Shown in pieces: positions 48,819 to 58,699 of a DNA stretch of 64,000 bases. The notes beneath the pieces are model-generated. The model worked only from the letters and a program-made list of their open reading frames with translations, ran no database searches and was not told the DNA's origin. The stretch comes from Eledone cirrhosa. Taxonomy: Eukaryota. Location: contig OZ024743.1 of NCBI GenBank assembly GCA_964016885.1, positions 261,330,001 to 261,394,000 of the forward strand, in the 5' to 3' direction. The position numbers were made by a program, and so were the translations under genes. Within the stretch, counting starts at the first letter, position 1. The number at the start of each line of letters is the position of its first letter.

Positions 48819-50863
48819 TCACAGTTGTATAAATAACGTTACAAATTGTTTATAATTCTTACAGAATGAAAATATAAACACATATAATACAATTAATACT
48901 TCATAGTTGCACAAACAACATTACAAATCGTTTGCAATTCCTTCAGAATGAAAATATAAACAGAACATATAAATAAATTTATAGTAGAATAACATATTTA
49001 AAACATATTTATGTTTTAAATATATACATAAATAACATTACAAATGCCTCGGTAACACTACAAGGGATGATACAATGAAAGATATATTCCTTCAATGCTA
49101 CAATATTAAAGAAAATGTAAAGGAAGGGGTGAACAACGGAGCCAACACCAGAGCAAAAGACAGCAACGTCACGAGTACTGGGCAACCTCTCTAATGATTT
49201 TTGAGGCAAGCCAGCACACTCGCAGTGTTGCCTCGGGTGATGGCGAGGCTGATGCGCTGAAAAAGCCAAGCACCATCACGAGATTCGCCAGTCACCTCTA
49301 TTAGGCGAGCCGCCAGTGAGGAAAGGAACCTCGCAGTCAGCGGCCCGATTCCCCCAAACGTCTCGAAAGCCACAGGCTGAAAAATGTAGCTGGCCGACAG
49401 ATCAGAGTATTTGAGGGTCTTACTCCGCTCGGCTGCAGAAGCTGTGGCTCTCGTCCTAACCGCAGCATCCAGAATATGGGAAAGAGCAAAAGAGTCACTA
49501 GCAGTGACATCCGAGACAAGGCACCTGCCTCTCGACCAGGGCCACAGGGTAAGACCGTCAGGTCTTTTGCCATCACTTCTGGACAACCCAGATGGTTCCA
49601 AGACTGAGGGGATATTCGCCCGAGCCAAAGGTCTCTTCAAAAATGAGGTTTAGTTCCGTGTGACGCGCGAAGCGGTCGGCATTCAGGCGGCAAGAAAGAC
49701 CGTGTAGGCCTGTAGAGTCGAGGAGTTTTCCGCATCGGCTCCTCAAACCCATGCAGACGTCGGCTCTCACTCTGAGGGCGATGGAGACACGAAGTTCGTC
49801 CAGGCTGAGTAGGCCACCAACGTTGGCCACGGGTAGGGCATCGACTCAGTCGCATGAGTATTTGCCGCTGGCAGATAATAAGCGGCACCTTGCAAACTGA
49901 TCTGACTGGACAAAGAGGGAGTCGAAAGTGGCCTTCGAACTTATGCTGTCCCAAGCTTCTCAGGAAGAGACAAGCCCAACTCACTCCATTGCTGGAGAGC
50001 TTCACCCAACTCCCTGTTGGAACTAATCCATGTTGTAGAGGAGAGGATGCTGCTCACCAGGGTTGAGCAAGCATGGGTGGAGGAAAGGAAACGGGAGAGA
50101 GAGAGGGACGAACACTTATGGAGACCAAGATCCCCAAGTCGCTTGGGCAACGCAGCCTGATTGCCAGTGAGTCGGAGACCAACAGCAAACACGCCTTTGC
50201 AGTGAGTCGGCGAAGAGTGCAGCCAACCGCAATGGGGTGCAGGTCCCCGTTGGGCTTGGTGAGACTAAAAAGCTTCGCACCGAAGAACAGTGGGTGGATG
50301 AATGGGAGAACGTTCACTGAAGAGAACTGATTCACAAACTGAGTCAGACTCTCCAAGAGCTCGAGTCCGGCGTCACCGGCCGATAAGGAGATACCATCCT
50401 TGAGGTGTTGAGGACGAAGGCCGTCAATTCCCGCGCCTGACCCAGCGGGGAAGGATGAAATCGCCTTTCTGATGATATCGGTGGTGTAAACCGGTCTCAA
50501 GTATTCTGGTGGTTCGGGCCAGTGTAGCTGATCATCTGGGGATGCCGATGGGTCACTCAAGAGAATCAGAGTTGCACGGAGCAAGAGAGGACAGAGAAGA
50601 GAGGAGACGGACAGCCCCTTTAATGTCAAATTCGCTGAATTTGGCATTGACCGCTCGCTTGAGGTCTACCGGTTGTCTGTTGGTGGACACCGAGTTCGGT
50701 GTTGAACTGAGATGAGACGTGGTTGGGGTGGACTCAAACAGCTGGAACTGCCATTTGAGAGAGGACATGAGGGAACCCGAGTTCGCATTGTGCACGTGAA
50801 GAGAGGTGAGGGGAAACAAAAACAATTTCTGCCAGTCAGACCTATTGTTGGACGAGCAAACGT
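48819..50863 (-). mobile_element. CRE-clade non-LTR element, RT internally deleted, with 8-bp TSD
   Basis: GSGAGIDGLRPQHLKD and PIAVGCTLRRL join directly to QAALPKRLGDLG; CCHC (CG...HGLSC...RH); RLE KRPDGLTLWPW...DVT. TTTCTTAT at 48811-48818 and 50864-50871. Confidence 0.85.
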
Positions 50864-51244
50864 TTTCTTATACGATATATGGCTCTTTCTCTCTATATAT
50901 ATATACATATATCTTTTTCATTCAGGTATTATGGCTCTAGATAAAGTCTATTGAGCTTATTTATTGAGAAACACAAAATTCTGAGTATATTTGATATGTC
51001 TTTATTTATTATTTGTATTTAACGGCTCCAAACCTCTTAACTTGTTGAGCTCGGTGGCTATAATTACTGCTCCTAGGGTTAAGGTTAACGTCTACCTTGT
51101 TGATATCTATTTCCCTTGGGTTTAACGTGATTTCACCATGTGCTTCTCAGCATGACGGTCGCGTTGGACTTAGCTGTAGATATTGGCAGGTATATTGATT
51201 GATTTACCATCTTCATTCTATATTTTCCTTAGAATGATGAGACT

Positions 51245-51399
51245 AAACCTTCGATGAGTACCTGAGTCTCATATAGTTTAATCATAATCGATAGTTTGTC
51301 TTCGATAATCGATTATATTGATTGATTGTTTTCGATGATCGATTTCATAGATTGATTTTGAGCTACACTCTCCAGGTATGAAATAGCGCTATAAGGTTT
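51245..51399 (+). ncRNA. Hammerhead-like fold with ~108-nt stem II insertion and UCGAUGA core
   Basis: aaacct-TCGATGA-gtacctg..caggtat-GAAA-tagcgcta-TA-aggttt. Confidence 0.7.
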
Positions 51400-51703
51400 C
51401 GCTTACAATTCCATCTGTGTACATATTCTTCTATTGAATATGTATTTGGTATATATACAATATTTCGTATACGATATATAGCTCTTTCTCTCCAGATATA
51501 TACATGTCTTTTTCATTGGTTATTATGGCTCTAGATAAAGTCTATTGAGCTTATTGAGAAACACAAAATTCTGAACATATTTGATATGTTTTGAATCAAA
51601 ATATAATGAATCAAAACATCAAATATGTTCAGAATTTTGTGTTTCTCAATAAGCAAGCTCAATAGATTTTATCTAGAGCCATAATAACCAAATGAAAAAG
51701 ATA

Positions 51704-52201
51704 TCTATATATATAAAGTTGTAGTTCCTGTCTGTTTGTTTGTTCACAAATTCCTCCTATGGTTTTGGAGATAGACCCCCATAACCATATATATTCTGAA
51801 ACTACATTGCCCAGGATACTTGGATAAGTATATTTCATTTTAATCAAAGGGTTCCCCGGGGGCACAAAAGCCCCGCTGAAAATGTTTTCCCTTCGATTGA
51901 TATGAAATTTAAACCATAGGTAAATGACAAGATATGATGCCTATTCACAAAAGTTTTGAATTGATATTTTGAAAAAAATTATTTACAAGAAACAAAATAA
52001 GAATAAGATTTAATAATGCAATTTTGATTTGATATATTACAAAAAATAATGTTTTCCAATTTTTCATGCATTACATTTTACATTAAGTAATATTGAAATG
52101 CAGAGTTTTTCTCCATAAATTATATCACTGATTTAAAATCAATCATCATTTTCTTACAAAAAAATATGTGAAACGCAGCAAGGCGCGGGTAATTCGGCTA
52201 G
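51704..52201 (+). mobile_element. Non-autonomous Helitron
   Basis: 5' TC, 3' CTAG with a GC-rich subterminal region, inserted between A and T. The empty site (aaaagata|tatgtata) is seen at ~48597-48612. Confidence 0.88.
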
Positions 52202-52205
52202 TATG

Positions 52206-52245
<40 letters not shown>

Positions 52246-52488
52246 AAGAGCCATATATCGCATAAGAAACACAGTATATTGTATATATACCAAATACATA
52301 TTCTATAGAATATGTACACTGCTGAAATCATAAGTGAAATCTTATAGCGCTGTATATATATAATTAAAAGAAAATTATGCTCTGTGCCCTTCCTTAAGGT
52401 GTTAATACATCGAGCTTCTTTGCAGATGGTAAGGAACTGGTATTATAACAAATTTATTCATCTTCTCTCTCTATATATATATATATGT

Positions 52489-52523
<35 letters not shown>

Positions 52524-52631
52524 CGTTTCTGAATTTGTTGTGAACAAACAAACAAACAAACAGAACACACACAAAAACAAGATGGCATAGGACAGAACAA
52601 AGGAGAGGCACAAAACAAAGAAATAAATCCC

Positions 52632-52674
52632 GTCACTGAAGAGGTCACAGAGTGTGTGACGAAAGAACTTTGAC
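52632..52674 (+). ncRNA. Variant hammerhead (extra nucleotide after A9; GAAAGAACUU)
   Basis: gtca-CTGAAGA-g-gtcaca gagtg tgtgac-GAAA-gaac-TT-tgac. Confidence 0.65.
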
Positions 52675-52835
52675 AATATATGAACAACCGTCCAGTTGTG
52701 GAACCAACCAACCAACCGGAAATTTATAAATTCTTTTAAAAAAAAATTTTTTTTTTTTTTTTAATTTATAATAAATTGGAGTGAAAGCAACTGGTGCGTG
52801 TGTTTCTTATTGGCAACATGACCCTCCCAAAGTAT

Positions 52836-52879
<44 letters not shown>

Positions 52880-53123
52880 TAGACCACCCCCCCCCCGAGA
52901 CTAGTTGGGTCACGTTCACTTCAAAATATTTTTTTTAAATCATAAAAATAATTTTTAAATAATTAAAATATACACAGACATGTATAGAATGTGAAATGAA
53001 AATGGAAGGCCCATATATATATACGTGTGTGTATGTATATATATATAAATGTGTATGTATGTATACATATATATATGTATGTGTGTATATATATATACTG
53101 TGATCTATATACACTGGTCATAG

Positions 53124-53179
<56 letters not shown>

Positions 53180-53182
<3 letters not shown>

Positions 53183-53584
53183 ACAGGAGGCATGTACTGG
53201 TGTAAATCCTTGAAAGGTTTATTATACTATGATCATTTCAATGACCGGGTGCAGTATGAATCCGATGACATCATCAGGTAATTCAAAATATAACGAAGGA
53301 ATATAACAGATAAAAATCCATGGTGTTTAAATCAGAGACAGGAGGGCGGCCGGCAATTTAGGAGCTTCTAGCTCCGTCGGCCGTCCTTGGAGCTAGAAGC
53401 TCCTAAATTGCCGGCCGCCCTCCTGTCTCTGATTTAAACACCATGGATTTTTATCTGTTATATTCCTTCGTTTTATTTTGAATTACCTGATGATGTCATC
53501 GAATTCATACTGCACCCGGTCATTGAAATGATCATAGTATAATAAACCTTTCAAGGATTTACACCAGTACATGTCTCCTGTTAT
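53180..53584. repeat. Near-perfect fold-back (196-bp arms, 13-bp spacer) with a hammerhead in each arm
   Basis: 53180-53375 is the reverse complement of 53389-53584 with about 3 mismatches. HHRs at 53221-53282 (-) and 53482-53543 (+). Confidence 0.92.
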
Positions 53585-53716
53585 TTTGTAATAATCAACT
53601 CTGTACTACACAAACGAAGACGGGTGAGTTGCATTACGTTGAGTGCTTTCCATAACATTACATCGAGGTTGACCACACAGAATGACCAGTTCTATCCAGT
53701 GGTGAACCAACAAACC

Positions 53717-53751
<35 letters not shown>

Positions 53752-53858
53752 ATAATAATAAATTTGAAGACTAAAATCCAAAGAGGGCTCGATAAGGATA
53801 AATATATATCAAATATATAAGAACCGTAGAGCAAATATTTATTAAAATAACAGATTAA

Positions 53859-53909
53859 AGTTTAAGCAAAGAATCGCTGCTTTCATCCTTAACGGGATCT
53901 TCTGAAACT
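53859..53909 (-). ncRNA. Hammerhead with a U4A change, in a ~400-bp (TA)n-flanked element (53749-54150)
   Basis: Reverse complement agttt-CAGAAGA-t ccc gttaa gga t-GAAA-gca gcgattctt tgc-TT-aaact. Confidence 0.65.
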
Positions 53910-54454
53910 AACAAAGTCAATCTGTAAACGCAGAAGTGGATATTTCAAAAAACGTTGCAACCGGAGGAAGACAGGAAGACGATACTTTGGTTCGTGGAAA
54001 CGTTCCCTGGCAAAGAACGGGAAAAAACGAATATAATACGTCATTAATAGGAACGGTGAAAAACAATTACGCGCAAAGACAGAACCACGTTTATGGTATA
54101 AAAGAGGTCGTAGACTAATGTTCTCTTAGGTGGTTCATAGAGACGTTCTATACATATATATACATATATATATATATATACACACACTCACATATATATA
54201 TATATATACACAACACCATCAGCTCTCTCTCTCTCTCTCTCTCTCTCTCTTTATGAAGGTTCCCGGAAAAACCCCATATCTCGGGAATCCGTGCTCCGAT
54301 TTACGCGAAACTTGTTTTATTCCATTTGTATTGCCATTTCAGGGTCAACTTCCCATTATGCGGCCTTTTCTTTTGGCTGTATTACATCACAGACAAGCAA
54401 GCAGTCACAGAGTTTTAGTAGTGTATATATATATATATATATATATATATCAAA

Positions 54455-56446
54455 GACATGAAGACGGGTAAGGCGGCCGGGCCTTCGGAAATAGTTGCTG
54501 AAATGCTGAAAGCATCTGGAACGGTGGGACACACTATGGTCATCCGGATAGTAAACCAAGTCATACAGAATGGGGTCGTTCCGAAGGACTGGCGCAGCAG
54601 CATCATCATTAACTGCTACAAGGGTAAAGGTGATGCCCTAGATAGGGGAAACTATAATTAAATTAATTGACACCAGGTCATGAAGGTCACAGAAAAAGTA
54701 ATAGTGCAACTAATCAGAGAGCGAATTGATCTTGATGAAATGCAGTTCGGGTTTGTGTCAGGTAAAAATACAACAGACGCTCTTTTCATTGTACGACAAC
54801 TACAGGAGAAGTACCTAGCTAAAAGTAAACCCCTATACTGAGCTTTTGTTGACTTGGAGAAAGCCTTTGACAGAGTACCCCGCTCGATTATCTGGTGGGC
54901 CCTTAGAAAACTAGGTGTTGATGAATGGCTTGTGAGAGCTATACAAGCCATGTATAAAGAAACAGTCAGCAAGGTTAGAATTAACAACGAATATAGTGAA
55001 GAGTTTAGCGGAAAAGTTGGTGTTCATCAGGGCTCCGTCCTTAGCCCCCTACTATTTATTATTGCCCTTCAGGCTATAACAGAGAAGTTCAAGACCAGCT
55101 GCCCATGGGAACTCCTATATGCAGATGATCTAACGCTCATAGCTGAATCAATGACTGAACTAGAGAAGAAATTCCAAACATGGAAGCATGGCCTAGAATC
55201 AAAAGGCCTTAAAGTTAACTTGTCTAAGACTAAAGTTCTAGTTTGTAGGAAGGAAAATAAGGCACCGGTCCCATCTGGGAAATGGCCATGCTCAGTGTGT
55301 AGGATAGGAGTAGGCAGAAACTCCATTTTATGTCCCAAATGCAAAGAATGGGTGCATAAAAGATGTAGTGGGATCACAGGTAAGCTAACTAAGAATATAG
55401 ATTTTATATGTGGCCGGTGCTCTGGTGCAATAAGTAGCAGCAAGTGTCCACAGAATACTAGCTCATTCAATTGCACAGATGGTTCTATAGAAATAGTGGA
55501 CAGCTTCCGTTACCTGGGTGATAAAATCAGCAGTGGGGAAGGGTGCTCTGAAAGTACAATAGCTAGAATCAGAACGGGATGGAAAAAGTTCAGAGAGCTT
55601 ATACCACTATTGGCCGCTAAAGGGTTCTCTCTAAAAATGAAAGGCAGGCTGTATGATGCCTGCATACGAACAGCAATGTTACATGGCAGTGAGACCTGGG
55701 CATTGTGTGCAGAGGATATACGCAGACTGGAGAGAAACGAAGCTTGCATGCTCCGCTGGATGTGTAATAGTAATATACGTGAACGGTAAAGCATAAACGA
55801 ACTAAGGGAGAAATTAGGAATAAGAGGGATCAGATGTTGTTTACTCGAGAGAAGACTACGTTGGTACGGTCACGTGATGCGCATGAAAGACGACAGCTGT
55901 ATAAAAAAGTGCAGGGCGATAAAAATAGACGGTAACAACGGAGTAGGCAGACCCAGAAAAACCTGGGACGACTTGATAAATTCCGACCTCACACACTTAC
56001 ACCTCTCCAAGACAATGTCACTGGACCGAGATCTTTGGCGCTACACAGTTATACAGAAGACCCGCCTCGCCTAAGTACAAAGCGAAACCTACAGTCAGTA
56101 GGCACCTCTAACAAAATACACCCCCCCCCCCTATCCACACCACCCCCTTAAATGTGAAGTTATGTTGGTACCACAACATCCAGTCCGAAACAAATGAGGT
56201 CGTGTAGGTGTCACGACAAAAAAACACACAGTCCACGCTGTAATGTGGCCGTGTAGGTAACACGGTAAAAACCTCCCAGTTCCACACTGTAAACGTGGTT
56301 GGTGTTAGGAAGGGCATCCAGCCGTAGAAAACCCGCCAGACAGTCCTATGCGAGCAAGACAGCCACTCTTGCCTCAAGTGGGAAAACTCCCGTCCAGACC
56401 CATGCAAGTGTGGAATATGGACGTTAAACGATGATGATGATGATGA
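54455..56446 (+). mobile_element. 5'-truncated RTE LINE with (GAT)n tail
   Basis: MKTGKAAGP..., EKAFD, GVHQGS, YADD, GRPRKTW; in-frame stops. Confidence 0.95.
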
Positions 56447-56695
<249 letters not shown>

Positions 56696-56697
<2 letters not shown>

Positions 56698-56851
56698 TGG
56701 AATATAGGTTGACTACATCAAAAAACACTAGTAGTATATGTTCACTATTAAGTGTTTTGGGGAGGTGGTTGAACATATCATGATCGTCCCTTATGTAGCT
56801 TTTAATGTGTTTCAGGAATGGTTTTAACAGGATATCAAGGAAGTTGCTGAG
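56696..56851 (-). pseudogene. Penelope-like RT fragment
   Basis: [22 protein letters not shown]...[13 protein letters not shown], which matches the PLE RT DV.SLYTNI motif. Confidence 0.8.
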
Positions 56852-56856
56852 GCAGT

Positions 56857-57075
56857 GGCATTTGAACCGACCGTGTCCAGCCGGAGTTCTCTCGCCTCTT
56901 TCAGTTCAGGCTGGCTGTGGCTAGCTACTCATACTGATGTTGGGATGGTGTTCTCGGGTTGAAGAATATCAGGGTCTCATGGACTCGATATTGTGTGAAA
57001 TAATTATGAAGGATGGAACGTTTACAGTGAAAATATGGTGATATATGTGGAGTGGTGTAAATGCTGGAAGGTTAA
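56857..57075 (+). mobile_element. A-to-G hypermutated copy of the piggyBac-like MITE
   Basis: Aligns to 37476-37684 and ends aaatgctggaaggttaa. Confidence 0.8.
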
Positions 57076-57771
57076 GGGAGAACTCTTAGAAACACTCACA
57101 CTGCAGGTCAATTTAAGAATGCCAGCATTTCAGACAGGAATACCAAGATAGATGTTTTTAGAAATACTTACCTCCTCAGTCAACCCTAAGGTCATTCAAT
57201 CATTCAAACCAATCCCATATACAGCTTGCCCTTACCATTATTAACAATGACTATCACCACTACAGCTGCTTGCCATCTTCTCCTACTCCACCCACCCCTT
57301 CTCCGTCTTCCTCTTCCTTACCATAGCCCTGGTATTACTACCACACCTCTTCCTCGCCTCCCTCTCCTTCGTCTTATTCTCCTCCCTCCCCACTTCTCCT
57401 CCTTCCCTTTCTCCCCCCATTACTACCAGTCGAAGCCAACAGTCGAAACCAACAATCTAAACTGCTACCACCTCTGTTGGTCAACATTAACAGAGAACGA
57501 AAGAAAACTTCGGACAAAATATGAACTTTCCTCTCTAAATATGTATGTAAAAACAAAAAGAAAATGTTTCTCCATTTTATTATTATTAGTATAAATATGC
57601 AATTTAACTGCACTATACACTTCCGTCGTTGAAAAAGCATATAAAACCGGTACATGATTAAATACAGAAATCCCTACTTTCTAAATAAATGTTTTGATAT
57701 TATACTGAAAAAATCCTTCCAGCATTTTCTACTGTATTTTTCCTTTTTACTATTTGTTTATATATATATAT

Positions 57772-58190
57772 ATGGCGGCGATGAATTTGTTTTGCGAGGT
57801 TTTTTTATATGAAATCGTGTATCGAAACAAATATTGTTATACTTGGGGAGGGTCATATTGTCGTAATAATATTGCCAGAAATAATAACAGAACACACAAA
57901 TGGCGTAGATATACAATACAACAGGAGGAACATAATAATACCACTGATGATGTTGCAGATGTGCAACGAAAGAACTTTGTTAGACTATATATATGTGTTT
58001 ATATCTATATTATATCTGTATTTTTGACCGTTGGTCAGTCAATAGTAAACATTGAGGACCGAATGAATTAATTGTGGAGATATAAAAGATACAGAAGGGA
58101 AACCCAACCAGACAGTGAGTGTATTCTGTTATTATTTCTGGCAATATTATTACAACAATATGACCCTCCCCAAGTATAACAATATATATA
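57772..58190 (+). mobile_element. Small element with ~65-bp inverted ends and an internal variant hammerhead (57942-57979)
   Basis: 57831-57897 is approximately the reverse complement of 58120-58185. ca-CTGATGA-t-gttgca gatg tgcaac-GAAA-gaac-TT-tg. Confidence 0.72.
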
Positions 58191-58445
58191 TACAGTAATG
58201 GTTGCATTCTTTAAGGCTATGTCAATATTTATTTATAAAACTGATCTATATTATATTTTATCTGATGAAAGCACACCATAATTTAACTTGGTGTCCTTGA
58301 AATATGTATAATGAAATAAATATGGTTTTATAAATATAGTTTCCAGTTGTTAATATCGTATTTTTACTCCAAATATTTGTTGAGTGCTTTATATCAGTTA
58401 TAAAAATATTTGCTTGTTGTATCCCAACAATTTAAATAGAACTTT

Positions 58446-58494
<49 letters not shown>

Positions 58495-58495
<1 letters not shown>

Positions 58496-58629
58496 TTCAT
58501 TTATTATGGCTATTGGTGAGCTTCGTTACTCTAAAGTTTCACCTGCGCTCTCACTGGATCACCAGTCTTGTTTGGTGTGTACGCAGGTAAGACTCTAGAG
58601 TAACAAGCCTTAGCCATAATAAATGAATA
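58495..58629. repeat. Imperfect fold-back of an HHR-bearing pLTR-like sequence
   Basis: attcatttattatggcta...tagccataataaatgaat. The minus strand reads CTGGTGA...GAAAC tttaga GTA (58527-58565). Confidence 0.75.
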
Positions 58630-58699
58630 TTTAAACTCTACTTCGGTATTGAGTTTTCATTATTACGTCCGTCAATAATTCACGCACTCTAAGGTCTTG

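Larger units (their letters stand above)
48585..52351. repeat. Cluster of direct and inverted copies of an HHR-bearing ~250-bp repeat, split by CRE and Helitron insertions
   Basis: 48585-48757 (-), 48765-48818 plus 50864-51000 (+), 51245-51597 (+), 51608-51703 plus 52202-52351 (-). Confidence 0.8.
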
